A stretch of DNA of 63,463 nt, counting the filler, from Chiloscyllium plagiosum (taxonomy: Eukaryota), in NCBI RefSeq assembly GCF_004010195.1. It is 4 parts of one record of this genome, joined end to end, with 100 filler letters (N's around TTAATTAATTAA, not from the genome) between each part and the next. Parts side by side here need not be neighbours in the genome. Positions count along the whole stretch, not along the records: positions 15,954 to 31,734 come from NC_057716.1; positions 31,835 to 57,678 come from NC_057716.1; 2 more parts are not named here. The stretch is one strand, 5' to 3'. Positions 27,155-39,950 of the stretch are shown piece by piece. Position numbers and translations under genes: made by a program. Numbering within the stretch: the first letter of the stretch is position 1; every line of letters begins with the position of its first letter. A model generated the notes under the pieces. That model worked only from the letters and a program-made list of their open reading frames with translations. It was not told the origin of the DNA and ran no database searches.

Positions 27155-28300
27155 CTGGATCAGTGGTGCTGGAAGAGCACAGCAATTCAGGCAGTATCCA
27201 AGGACAGGCAAAATCGACGTTTCGGGCAAAAGCCCTTCATCAGGAATAAAGGCAGAGAGCCTGAAGCGTGGAGAGATAAGCTAGAGGAGGGTGGGGGTGG
27301 GAAGAAAGTAGCATAGAGTACAATAGGTCAGTGGGGAAGGAGATGAAGGTGATAGGTCAGGGAGGAGAGGGTGGAGTGGATAGGTGGAAAAGGAGCTGGG
27401 CAGGTCGGACAAGTCCGGACAAGTCAGGGGATCGTGTTGCTGGAGGTTAGAAACTANNNNNNNNNNNNNNNNNNNNNNNNNNNNNNNNNNNNNNNNNNNN
27501 NNNNNNNNNNNNNNNNNNNNNNNNNNNNNNNNNNNNNNNNNNNNNNNNNNNNNNNNNNNNNNNNNNNNNNNNNNNNNNNNNNNNNNNNNNNNNNNNNNNN
27601 NNNNNNNNNNNNNNNNNNNNNNNNNNNNNNNNNNNNNNNNNNNNNNNNNNNNNNNNNNNNNNNNNNNNNNNNNNNNNNNNNNNNNNNNNNNNNNNNNNNN
27701 NNNNNNNNNNNNNNNNNNNNNNNNNNNNNNNNNNNNNNNNNNNNNNNNNNNNNNNNNNNNNNNNNNNNNNNNNNNNNNNNNNNNNNNNNNNNNNNNNNNN
27801 NNNNNNNNNNNNNNNNNNNNNNNNNNNNNNNNNNNNNNNNNNNNNNNNNNNNNNNNNNNNNNNNNNNNNNNNNNNNNNNNNNNNNNNNNNNNNNNNNNNN
27901 NNNNNNNNNNNNNNNNNNNNNNNNNNNNNNNNNNNNNNNNNNNNNNNNNNNNNNNNNNNNNNNNNNNNNNNNNNNNNNNNNNNNNNNNNNNNNNNNNNNN
28001 NNNNNNNNNNTCCTTCTGGGAGCAGATACGGCGGAGGCGGAGGAATTGGGAATACGGGATGGCATTTTTGCAAGAGGTAGGGTGGGAAGAGGTGTAATCC
28101 AGGTAGCTGTGGGAGTCGGTGGGTTTGTAGAAAATGTCAGTGTCAAGTCGGTCGTCACTGATGGAGATGGAGAGGTCCAGGAAGGGGAGGGAGGTGTCAG
28201 AGATGTTCCAGGTAAATTTAAGGTCAGGGTGGAATGTGTTGGTGAAGTTGATGAATTGCTCAACCTCCTCGCGGGAGCACGAGGTGGCGCCAATGCAGTT
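27155..28300 (-). mobile_element. Penelope-like element (RT C-terminal region to 3' end, gapped)
   Basis: FHPDLKFT..LPFLDL..YKPTDSHSYLDYTSSHP..KNAIPYSQFLRLRRICS; terminal hammerhead-bearing end. Confidence 0.88.
27213..27246 (-). ncRNA. Minimal type I hammerhead ribozyme motif (PLE family C)
   Basis: Minus strand reads CTGATGA-a-gggc/tttt/gccc-GAAACGTC, downstream of a Penelope RT remnant. Confidence 0.7.
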
Positions 28301-28559
28301 GCCCATTGCCCATGCAGATTAGTGGCAGGGCAGCCAAAAAATGATATGTGTTTTCCTCCAGGAACAGACAAAGACAGCTTGCCTTTTGAGTGGCAACAAA
28401 TTTACAGTCAATGAGTGATCACTGCACCCAGCTCACATCTACTGGAACCCGGGGTCAATTAAGTTCTGGCTGGCTTGTTGTGTCTGGCACTGCAGCACTC
28501 TGTCACGCAGATGGTGACGGTTCTCTTGCTCATTGTCCACATCTTCCTTCTCGGAAGAC

Positions 28560-29590
28560 AGTTTTCACTCACATCCCCTCTTTGCCTGCTCCAGTTATGC
28601 ACAGCACAATGTGCTAGGATTATACAGCACTCTGGAGCACACTGCGAGGTCCCCCTGCCCAGAAACCCCCAGATCAGTCTAAGCAGCAGTACCTCATCTT
28701 CAGGAGACCTATTATTTGTTCTGTGATAACTAAGATAATCATAGGGTCCGGAGGACTGTTGCTGAACAAAGAGACCTTGGGGTGTACGTTCACAGTTCCT
28801 GGAAAGTGGAGTCGCAGGTAGATAGAGTAGTGAAAAAGGCATTTGGTACACTGGCCTTTATTGGTCAGCGCATTGAGTTTAGGAGTTGGGATGTCCTGTT
28901 GTAGCTGTGCAGGACATTGCTTAAGCCACTTTTGGAATACTGCATTCAATTCTGGTCTCCCCGCTATAAGAAGGATGTTGTGAAACTTGAAAGGGTACAG
29001 AAAAGATCTATAAGCATGTTACTGAGGTTGGAGAGTTTCAGCTGTAGACTGAATAGGCTGGGGCTATTTTTCCTGGAGTGTTGGAGGCTGACGGGTGACC
29101 ATAAAAATGTTTTATAAAATCATGAGTGGCATGGTTAGGGTGAATAGTCAAGGTCTTTTTTCCAGGGTTGGGGAGTCCAAAACTAGGTGGCATAGGTTTA
29201 AGGTAAGAGGGGAAAGATTTAAAAGGGACCTAAGTGGCAACATTTTCATGCAGAGGGTGGATTAATGGAATGAACTGCCAGAGGAAGTGGTGGAGGCTTG
29301 TATGATTACAACATATAAAAGGCATCTGGATGGGTATATGAATAGGAAGGCTTTAGAGGGTTATGGACAAATGCTGACAAATGGGACAATTTAGAATATC
29401 TGGTCAGCATGGGTGAACTGGACTGAAAGGTCTTTTTCCCTGCTGTACAATTCTCTAACTCTATGACTGTGGTTGAAGAATGGGCAGCATTGTATTTACG
29501 TTCTGCCTCAGTCAGGAGATTGTATAATGGAGTCATTAGCTATTATTGCAAAGAGTGGCCTTTATCCCCCAGTAACTGTCCTGGCAAAGC
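28560..29590 (-). mobile_element. PIF/Harbinger DDE transposase remnant split by a CR1 insertion
   Basis: LLGDKGHSLQ**LMTPLYNLLTEAERKYNAAHSST (~29585-29470), then EQIIGLLKMRYCCLD and CAVHN (~28727-28570); HARBI1-type motifs with stop codons. Confidence 0.8.
28742..29468 (+). mobile_element. CR1 LINE 3' fragment
   Basis: PLLEYCIQFWSPRYKKDVVKLERVQKR; CR1 3' UTR and ctctatga-type tail. Confidence 0.88.
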
Positions 29591-29599
29591 ACTGGACCT

Positions 29600-30770
29600 T
29601 AAACCTAGTCAAACGTCACACCTCACCAGTTTATAGTCCCATAGGTTTATTTGAAATCGCCAGTTTTTGGGAGCATAGTTCCTTGTCAGATAAAGTGAGA
29701 GAGAAGCATGGAGGCACAAAATTTATAGGCCGAGAGATCAAGGGCAGAGAAATTAAAAAATCATACAAATAGTGTGAGTGGAATGTCAACTAATAAGTCT
29801 CTGCAGATGATCAAGATTGTCAGACAGTGTGAGTAAAATGTCAATAGCTGAATAATCAGCGAAGGGATGACCTATAATCCGATTAAATGAGGCAGGAAGA
29901 TAACTGCAAAAAGTTAAAAATAAGATGGTCGTGGAGACAAACCAAATCACTGAAATAACATGATAGCTATAAGAGTCACATGCCGAGGGTCTAACCAAAG
30001 TAATAAGGACGCCAAAAATGTACAAACTAATTAAGGTAGAGAGATCATAGCAATTTATCAAGGTCATGTTATCAAAACAGGCCAGTAAGGAAGATTTTAC
30101 AGATGCAGAACAGTGTGGTGGGGTCTGATGTAGCACGACATAAACCCAAGATCACAGTTGAGGCCTTCTTCATGGATACAGACTTTGGCTATCAGTTTCT
30201 GCTCGGCGATTCTACGTTGTTGTGTATTTCAAAGGCCACCTTGGAGGATGCTTACCCGAAGATCAGAGGCTAAATATCCTTGATTCCTGGAGTATCCCCC
30301 AACTGGAAGGTGTCCATTCATCCATTGTCGTGGTGGCTGCATGGTCTCACCAATATTCCATACCTCGGGGCATCTTTGCCTGCAGTTTCTGAGATAGAAA
30401 ACACTGGCCGAGTCACATGTGTATCTGTCATGTACTTGGTGGGTGATGTTCCCACGTGTGACGGCAGTATGCATGTCGATGATCTGGCATGTCTCACAGA
30501 GGTTGCCATGGCAGGGTTGTGTGGTGATGTGGTCAATGTTGTCCTGAAGGCTGGATAGTTTGCTGCGAATGTTGGCCTGTTTAAGGTTTGGCAGTTGTTT
30601 GAAGGCAAGAAGTGGAGGCTTAGGGACAATCTTGCTGAGATGCTCATTGTCAACAATGACTTGTTGAAGGCTGCGAAGAACATGGTGTAGTCTCTCTGCT
30701 CCGGGGAAATACTGGACAAAGGAGGGTACTCTGTCAGTCAAATTCTGTGTGTGCATCTGCTGAGGAGGTC
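29600..30770 (-). mobile_element. Penelope-like element (linker plus GIY-YIG endonuclease remnant)
   Basis: PPLLAFKQLPNLK..PCHGNLCETC..YTCDSASVFYLRNCRQRCPEVWNIGET; degenerate family-B terminal sequence at ~29610-29690. Confidence 0.8.
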
Positions 30771-30894
30771 TTTGAGAATTCTCAAGAATCTAGGCATGAT
30801 GACTACTCCCAGGGTACCTGATGCAGATTTCTAACATATTGCATTGCTGATGACAGATGAGAGATGAATGGAATCCATTTCTGTTCATGCGGTA

Positions 30895-31734
30895 ATAAAT
30901 TAAACTGCATTTATTTCAATGCAAGGGGCCTAACAGGGAAGGCAGATGAACTCAGGGGAAGGCAGATGAACTCAGGGCATGGTTAGGAACATGGGACTGG
31001 GATATCACAGCAATTACAGTAACATGGCTCAGGGATGGGCAGGACTGGCAGCTTAATGTTCCAGGATACAAATGCTACAGGACGGTCAGAAAGGGAGACA
31101 AGAGAGGAGGGGGTGTGGTATTTTTGATAAGGGATAGCATTACAGCTGTACTTAGGGAGGATATTCCCGGAAATAACCCAGGGAAGTTATTTGGGTGGAA
31201 CTGAGAAATAAGAAAGGGATGATCACCTTATTGGGATTGTATTATAGACCCCCTAGTAGTCAGAGGGAAATTGAGAAACAAACTTGTAAGGAAATCTCAG
31301 CTATCTGTAAGAATAATATGCTGGTTATGGTGGGGGATTTTAACTTTCCAAGCATAGACTGGGACTGCCATAGTGTTAAAGGTTTAGATGGAGAGGAATT
31401 TGTTAAGTGTGTACAAGAAAATTTTGTTATTCAGTATGTGGATGTACCGACTAGAGAAGGTGCAAAACTTGACCTACTCTTGGGAAATAAGGCAGGGCAG
31501 GTGACTGAGGTGTCAGTGGGGGAGCATTTTGGGGCCAGTGACCATAATTCTATTAGTTTTAAAATAGTGATGGAAAAGGACAGACCAGATCTAAATGTTG
31601 AAATTCTAAATTGGAGAAAAGCCAATTTTGACGGTATTAGGTAAGAACTTTCAAAAGCTGATTGGGGGCAGATGTTCGCAGGTAAAGGGACGGCTAGAAA
31701 ATGGGAAGCCTTCAGAAATGAGATAACGAGAATC
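30895..31734 (+). mobile_element. CR1 LINE ORF2 N-terminal AP-endonuclease region
   Basis: CIYFNARGL, GLYYRPP, MVGDFNFP, LDLLLGN, SDHN; ends at a contig spacer. Confidence 0.9.
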
Positions 31735-31834
31735 NNNNNNNNNNNNNNNNNNNNNNNNNNNNNNNNNNNNNNNNNNNNTTAATTAATTAANNNNNNNNNN
31801 NNNNNNNNNNNNNNNNNNNNNNNNNNNNNNNNNN
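31735..31834. other. Artificial contig spacer N44-TTAATTAATTAA-N44
   Basis: Identical structure to the 15854 spacer. Confidence 0.95.
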
Positions 31835-33196
31835 TTCATTTAAGAAAGAGTTGGATAGAGCTCTCAAGGACAGTGGAATCAAGGGTTATGGAGATAAGGC
31901 AGGAACAGGATACTGATTAAGGATGATCAGCCATGATCATATTGAATGGTGGTGCAGGCTCGAAGGGCAGAATGGCCTACTCCTGCACCTATTGTCTATT
32001 GTCTATTGGAGCAGGAGAGAGCTTAGGCCTCAGCCTGAATTCTCACCCACCAATACTGGAGCAATTAAAATTGCAAGAGGTCAGAGTTCAAGCATCACAA
32101 TGAGCTCAGAGGATTTTGGGGCTACAGGAGATTACAAATAGGGAGGGGCAATGCCAAAGAGGGCTTTGAAAGCAAGGGTGAGAATTTTAAAATCAAGGCA
32201 TTTTTGGACTCAGAGCCAATGCAGGTCAGTGAGAACAGGCATGATAAGGGAAGAGGATGTGGTGGATTTGAGAGCCATCCCAATGAACCTGGCAGCCAAT
32301 GAGGTACATTTTGAAATGCAGGTATTGTTGTGAGGTAGAAAATACAGCAGCCATTTTGTGCACAGCACTAACAATCCTGCAGTGGACACTGCAAAGTTCA
32401 GAATGACTAAAACTGTCATTTGTCCTGAGAGTTCTCTGGGTTTGTGCTAATGAAGACAGTCAGATAGAGATGTAGTTGAGCCCAGCACATCAGTGCAAAA
32501 GATAAGGCCAAAGCTTTTGCAGCATTCACCTGGTCAGAGGTTAGGAATCCTGCAGTGAGTAACTCATCTCCTGACTCTCCAAAACCTATCCACCATCTAC
32601 AAGGCACAAAGCAGAAGTGTGATGGAATACTCCCCACTGGTCTGGAAGGGTGCAGCTCCAACAATATCTCAGAAGTTAGCACCATTCAGCACAAAGCAGC
32701 TTACTTGATTAGCACCACATCCATAATCATTCACTCCATCCACCACCAATGCTCAGTAGCAGCAATATGTACCATCTACAAGATGCACTGCAGAAATTCA
32801 CCAAAGCTTCTGATGATAGCATCTTCCAAACCCACGACCACTTCCATCAAGAAGGACAGTTATATGGGAACGCCACCCCTTGTAAGTTCTTCAAGACTTA
32901 GAAGTATATTGCTGATACTTCAGTGTTGCTGGGTCAAAATCCTGGAATTCCCTCTCTAATGACATTGTGGGTCAACCCACAGCAGGTGGACTGCAGTGGT
33001 TCAAGAAGGCAGCTCACCCCCAACTTCTCAAGGGCAACTAGGGACGGGCAATAAATGCTGGTGCACAGCCAAAGGTGCCCATAGTTAAATGCGGCTAGCT
33101 TTAATTTTAAATAGCCTCTTTCTTTCGGATGGTAGCCTTTATAGATTTTTGAGTAAATTAGATTTAAGTAAGCACTTGGATGCAACATTGGTAAAA

Positions 33197-33202
33197 TTTA
33201 TT
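33197..33202 (-). promoter_or_regulatory. Candidate polyadenylation signal (AATAAA) of FAM237A
   Basis: AATAAA on the minus strand about 200 nt after the stop codon, in AT-rich sequence. Confidence 0.4.
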
Positions 33203-33405
33203 TATGTACAAACTAAAATCAGTATCACATCACAAGTTGAAGACATTTGTTTTATGAATAGAGCGCTATTCGGTGAGTATGTACTGAAATGAAAACAATT
33301 TAATTTTTGAGGGATGACAGGACAATTCAATCTGGATGTTTTGTCCATCTTGTTCATTATTGAATTTCCCGAAGGTGCAGAGAAGACACTGAGTAGCAGG
33401 ATTGT

Positions 33406-33560
33406 TTACGTGGGGCTGGAGGCTCTTTTGAGACCCATGCTTTTCGCTATCCTGTTCTGCATGATGCCATGGCCACTTCTGTACACTTGGATGCCAACCC
33501 AGTCTTGGACGACCTCCTGCTCCCTGGCATCACTCACCCATCGGCCCTCTACGTAGGACC
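33406..33560 (-). CDS. FAM237A: Probable FAM237A last coding exon: (R)SYVEGRWVSDAREQEVVQDWVGIQVYRSGHGIMQNRIAKSMGLKRASSPT*
   Basis: Strong acceptor (tttctttgcttcctttttAG); phase matches the 41671 donor; EVVQDWVGIQVYRSG resembles the mammalian C-terminal ELIEDLISMHVRRSG; TAA stop. Confidence 0.75.
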
Positions 33561-35254
33561 CTAAAAAGGAAGCAAAGAAATCCTGTCATCGTCACCAGGA
33601 TTGGAAAGGGAGCGATACATTTTACACCGGACAATCTTGCACAGATTTGAAACAATGTTGTCAACTTCCCAGGAATGTCCCACAGGAACTGCTGCAAGAA
33701 AAGAAATGCAAAATTGAAAAGGTTGAGAGCTACACCAAGAAAGGTTACTGATGGGGATAGAAAAGCTGTTTAATTAATGAAGTGTTCAGCATATTCACCT
33801 TCTGACTGGTAATGGGGTGGCAATAGATAGTGACGATGGTTGACTAAGAGTGGAAGTGCAAGAGTGGAAGTGCGGTGGGTGAAGCACTTGAGGTGGGGGT
33901 GGGTGGGGTTTGTATGGTGAAGCCTCCTGGAATCCATCCGCATGGAGTTGGCAACAGTTTCTTTTTCTTGGCACAGTCTTCCTGTCGGCACAGCGACAAT
34001 TTGGTGTGGCGCACAACACCACTGCCACCCACCTGGGCACTGACAGCGGGTAGAGTTGGATGGGTTTCCAGCGCAGTACCTCGACGCATCAAAACTGAAA
34101 CTGACCCCAGGAGGTGAGGCAGCGCTGCGTTTATCACGGAAGAAAACCTAAATCGATGTCTGAGGGATAACGGTGGACTCAGGCTGTTGAAGGGATGATG
34201 TCGGGTAACACCTTGTCACGCGAAGGAACTCTCTCCCATGAAACGCTGGGGCCCAACGGAAAAAATGTAAAATCTAAGATTGATTTTTATTTTCATTGGG
34301 CGAGGGATGTGGAATTGAGGCAGGTGAGTGGAGACCTGATTCAGGCGGACTACAGTTTAATTGAATGGTGGAGTGGACTTGAGTGCCTTGTGAAATCTTA
34401 CCGTCCCCCGTGTCCCTCTCTATACAAGACACTTTATGAATTTGGAAGCCAGGCCCTTCTTAGAATGAGCCATTGAACACGATTCATTTCGGATACCAGC
34501 CTCATCAGGAGTGGATGACCAATAAGGGTGGAGGGGAGGTATTATGCTAATTGGGGAATGGTGCCAGAGATGGCAGAAGGTTTGATTGAAATGTGGGAAC
34601 ACGGAAAGGGGTTCTGAGGCCAGAGTGAGCATTTGAAAGTTGGAAGTTAACTTCCTGTAGCTGTGCAGATTGAACCCAATGTCGGAGACTTAGAGCTTGG
34701 CTCCTTTCAGTCAGGACCTGCTGTCCATCTACTCATGATAGCCCAATGAAATTGGTGAGAGGAGGCTACAGCAATGGGAACATTCTCAAGAAACAGTGGA
34801 ATTAGGTTTAGGGGACATACAGGGGAGTTGAGGGGGAGGTGGGGTGGGGGGGATGGTGAGGGGTGTGAAGGGTTTTGCACTTTGACTGGGGATGGGGGGG
34901 GAGATGGAAGGCTCCGGGATTTTTTATACAGGGGCTGGGTGGGGATACACTCTCTTTCTCTCTCCTTGGCACATTGTGGGGACTGAGGTACATTTTCAAA
35001 GGTTTCAGAGAAGCACAAGACATGGGAAAGGAGTGGATCGTGTGGCTGTGCTGCTGTACAATATAATCATGACTAACCTTGACTCCACTGTCTCGCCTGC
35101 TCCTCCAACCCTTTGATTCCCTGAGAGAGATTAAATATCTGTCTGTCTCAGCCTTAAATATACTCAAGATTGGAGCAAACACAAGGCTCAAGGCTTGAGA
35201 GTTCGACTGTGAGCAATTTCTCCTCAGCTCGGTCATAAATCACAGGATATATAA

Positions 35255-35590
35255 ATCACAATGTGGAAACAGGCCATTCGGCCCATCGAGTCCACACCAA
35301 CCATCCAAGGAGCATCCCATCCAGACCCACCCCATCCCTGTAATCCTGCATTTCCCATGGCTAACCCACCTTACCTGCACATCCCTGGACACTATGGGGC
35401 AAGTTAGCATGGTCAATCCATCTAACCTACACATCTTTGGATTGTGGGAGGAAACCAGAGCACCCAGAGGAAACCCACGCACACACCGGGAGAACATGCA
35501 AACTCCACACAGTCACCTGAGGGTGGAATCAAACCGGGTCCCTGGCGCTGTGAGGCAGCAGTGTTAACCACTGAGCCAACATGCCACCCC
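35255..35590 (-). mobile_element. HE1/V-type SINE
   Basis: Same head and V-domain, reverse orientation. Confidence 0.85.
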
Positions 35591-35635
35591 ATTCCTGGCT
35601 TCTAAATTCTGTCTTATGATCTTAAACTCCACAAC

Positions 35636-35670
35636 CACCTGATGAAGGAGCAGCGCTCCGAAAGCTAGTC
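35636..35670 (+). ncRNA. Minimal type I hammerhead ribozyme motif (PLE family B)
   Basis: cac-CTGATGA-a-ggagc/agc/gctcc-GAAAGCTA-gtc: intact core, 5-bp stem II, palindromic AGCT at stem III. Confidence 0.7.
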
Positions 35671-38199
35671 CTTCCAATTAAACTTGTTGGGCTATAATCT
35701 GGTGTTGAGTGATCTTTTTAACCTTGTACACCCCAGTCCAACACCGGCCCCTCCACATCATTCTTATCCTGAGACTGTGTTAGGCAGAGAGATGATTTCA
35801 CTGGTCTGTCCAGCACCATGAGAACCTTAAACTCTTCAATACCTTCACCCCAATTATCCAGGGACCAATTTCCTTAGCTTTTCTCCTGCTAGTTGACTAT
35901 TCCAACTGTGGTGATGATGGATGCACACCCCCACTCCCACCCCCACCCCCCCCACCACATTAAAATCACAATATGGTACGAGTAGGTTGGAATTAAAGGC
36001 AACTCCCTCATCAGACTTCAGGAGGCGCTGTTGCCAACCTGAAAGCTGGTGAAGATAAGGCAAAGGAATGGAACCCAACTGAACCCTGGCCCACAGTATT
36101 CTCAACAGGGGGGCTGTGGTCAATGTTGCAGCAGTGAATAGTATCAGTTCCCTCAGTTATATTTAGCCATGAAATCAGTGGTATAGGTTCTGAAAATGCA
36201 ATAAACACGCTCTGTCCTAAGAAAATGTTTAAAATCTAGGCATGGAGCACAGAGGACAAGTTGTAGATTTGCACCCTGTAGAAGGTCAGTTTGCTGATTG
36301 GTTCAAACCAGATCACATTACCACTTGGAGGTGAGCCCTGGTTGCTTGACTTAACCCACCGCAAGGAACAATGTGCAGAAGGTGGAAATCTCTCTCACTG
36401 CGCTGTAGCACCTTGCATTTCTTCATTGCCTGTAATGTAAGAAACTCTGCCAAAGGGCTTCACAAACACATACAGGCTATTGCAAACTGAGCCTAGGGAG
36501 GAGAAAAGGAGCCAAAGAAATAGGACTTGTCTTTCTACAGAAATATTATTTCACAACTTCAAGATGTCCCAGAGCAACTAACATGGCCAACAAACTTGTT
36601 TTGAAACATGGCTACCTTAGTGCAGAAAGAGGCCATTCTACCTACCTTAATTGTACTCGCCCTTTAAAATGAGTATTGTGGATGGAAATTGGTGGCTAGT
36701 TTGCACACAGCAAGGACATGCAAGCACGCTTGAGGCACTTGACCAGAAAATCTCTGGCCTGCTGGATGAGGGTTTAAATAACATCCAGGAGAGCTTTGAA
36801 CAAGTTGGGCTCTATGGAGACTGCAGAAGCAGAGAGAACTGTAGGATCAGGAGGTGGCTTGAGGGATGGTTGTAGGGAGAAGGAAAGGAGAAATGGCACT
36901 CGGATAGGAGTTGTGTGGGTGTGTATGCGTGTGTCTACAAAATTAAATCTACCTTTGTGGGGGGGAGGGGGTTGAATTCCTCCTGTTCCACAGTTGAATG
37001 TGACAGACACGGAGCCTTCTGGAAATGAATCCATTCGAAATGAATGATGGGCAGAGGCTAAAGCAAGCAGCCAATTGGTTCTCACCAGTTTTGGCAAACT
37101 GTACAAAAATCTACGTTGCCCTTGGAGCTGATATTGCATTGCTCTGCAAAGTCTTCAAATTTGGCACCAGTCACCAAAAAGGGAATGAAATATCCCTAAC
37201 ATTTATATCCTTTATCTCAATAAGCCCATTCAGACGCGGAGCTCACTCCTCAATTTTACACCCGAACTCGGAGTCACCTTTAGCTCTTGTTGTTATCAAC
37301 ACAGCTCCTAGTCCCATGTCTTAAACAACTACTTCATCTGAGATCAATCTGTACTGTCAGATAGATAATTACATTTTCATTACACACTCACTCGAGAAAA
37401 ATAACAATGAGTCGATGATTTTGCATATCATCTTAGACATCCTTGATTTATTTTTCTTTTCACATCAAAAGAAATGTGACCCCACCTTCACCACGATTGA
37501 ACTGAGTAACAGAAAGAAAAAGACTTCTTTTTAAAAACTGATTTTTCACATCCTCAGCAAGTCCCAAAATTAGTGTATAGTGAAAGATGTGCACATGAAG
37601 GGTTTGCGCACTGTTCTAATGCAGCAACCAGTTTGCACAAAGCAAGTTCCCACAAACAGTATTAGAAGAAACAGGAATAGGAAATGGCCATTCGGCCCCT
37701 TGGGCCTGCCCGCTAATGACCAGGTAGTTAGCTTTGAGCAAGTTGGGTAAGAATTTGAGCGAAATAGGGAGAAATTCTCCAGCTGTCCTTGGAGCAATGG
37801 TATGGGACTTTGTGCATTCACCTGATGGCAGTGTTGCGTGAAGTGACATTTCTCTGACTGTAAAAGTTACATGAAGGCCTACAACCACCAACTTGATCCC
37901 AATTGCAAATGTAACTTAGCAGTTCAATTCCTGGACACTGTTCCCACAGTTTGATGTAAGTAAAGGTTACAAACCGGTGGAAGTCTTCAGGACATCTAAT
38001 GCTTCTTCATACTATCCTGACAAACGTTTGTGTTGGCCAGGTTACTGCGACAGGGATAGCTAGCATTCAGACAGCATTGGAACATCAGGCATTCCTAAAG
38101 AAGGCCTCTCTGGCTTCATCTCTGTAGCTCCAGCTAAGGTGACAGCCACTCACATTGCTAATGATACAAAACATCTTTAAAAAACATGATAGCGCACTT

Positions 38200-39950
38200 A
38201 GCTCGAAGTTCCCCAATGCCACCCGAGTGCCCTCAGAATGTGTTCTTCTTCCAGGTGCAGTGCTGGGGTCTGGCAGCTGAGCTACAGGGAGCCTGCCCAC
38301 TTGGGGGTTTTCGGTGGGAATCCCTGGCGGAGTGGGGGGGGGGGGGGGGGGGAACGGTGGAATTTGCAGCCACATCTGGATTCTATCCCTCAACTTTAAC
38401 CCCCACATGGTTGTTTGGGGTTGCAAGGGTAGGGTGGAGGTGGCAACATCCTGAGGGGAGACCACCAGGGTGCTGGGGCTTTGTCTGTACTTGCGTCAAT
38501 CCCTGCCTGGCACCAGCCTGTCTCCTCATGAGGAAGGGGCACCCAGAGTAAGAGTCAAAGTCTCATGTCCCCTTGTCACCTCACCATTGGTACTGAACAC
38601 CAACAGTTAGAGTGATAGAGTGCAGGTCAATGCGAATACCAGCAGCTAACGGGGGTCACCGAACGTGGCTCCCCCTGGGCAGCCACGGAATCCAGATGAC
38701 ACAGTGCAGAAGGCATCAGGGGACATCCTCCAATAAACGCGCCTGTGGGTTCTCCGCACCTTTGTGCATCTGAATGAAGTTCTCAATCACCAACGCCACA
38801 ACTTCCTCTCCTGCCCCGGGGCTGGGGAAGGCCCCTGGTCTCTGTTAGCCCTCCAAGTGCTGGCGAACTGGCACCGTTCCTCCCTCAAGCCTGTCACGGA
38901 GCTCTCGCAGTGAGCTGCTCACCAGAGTGTGCTCCCAACTCCAACACGTGAAGAATGCCCAGTGAGGAGGCAGCACCTGAGCTGGCGGAGTTGACCCGTC
39001 AAGAGCGGAGATTGTTTGGATGCCATCGGTGCCCGCGTTAAGTGAGAGCATGGTGAGATACGGGTAATAGTTTGGCCTCCTCAAGAATACAATGACAGTG
39101 CTGGCAACGGGAGGGCAATGATGGGGTTTACAGAGGAACTGACCTGGTTGTCAGGACACGGAGTGCTCCCTCATAAGCCACCCATGTCTTCTCCCATCAG
39201 CTCAAGGATTCTTCCCTCATACGGGACAAGAGGACAGAGACCCTATCACCCATTTCTGCTCTGTTGCTATGAACTGTTATGTCCCACAGTAAGACAAAGG
39301 AAGGGGATCGGTGAGATGCGAATGGCTAGCCACCATTGTTAGCTGTGTTGCAAGTGATGGAAAACATGAGGCCTCTTGAATGAGTGAGTCAGATAGAGGA
39401 AGGTTTAGTGACCTGGAGGAACAGGGTGGATAAAGAGCCATTGAGGGAAGATCTGAGGAAGGGTAGTCGGGCTGGGAAAAAAAATACTCTCCACAGATAC
39501 TCAGAGCCTTCCTGAGCCTTTCCAGCAACCTCTGTTTTTGTTTCTGATTCCCAGCATCTGCAGTTCTTTCCGTTTTTATTGAGGGAAGGTGCAGAGTGCA
39601 ACGGTGGAAATGGTAGGTTGGGAGTCGTGGTGGGTGGATGGTGTGGGCACTGACAGAGTTAGTGCAAGGCAGCAGAAATGGCATTACCCTTACGGAGCGT
39701 GGATGGTCGTTAACATGTCGATGCATTCGGGCATTCCTCTGAGCACCGCACCGACCCCAGTGGCAACTTCAGACCAGACTGGCAGGGTCTGGTGGTGCGG
39801 CATTCTCTCCAGTGGTTCTGTGGGAAAACCATGTTCCTCCTCCATCCATCAGGACCAGCAGATCCCTGTCAGCAAATCGGGCTGCCCCTGACTGCCATCT
39901 TAGGGGCATAATGGCGTGACTGTAACAGGCAGCTCATGGCACACTGGTGC
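38200..39950 (-). mobile_element. Decayed Harbinger Myb/SANT-like DNA-binding gene (intron-containing)
   Basis: ~39900-39690 reads AARFADRDLLVLMD..PHHQTLPVWSEVA..VNDHPRSVR followed by GTAATG; ~39280-39145 has PYEGRILELMGED; frameshifted. Boundaries approximate. Confidence 0.6.

Noticed and set aside
27281..28414. Long ORFs of 200-350 aa around 27.3-28.4 kb (and similar ones at 41.4-42.5 kb)
   Set aside because: Length comes from N runs translated as X; only the PLE RT piece and the FAM237A exon are real.
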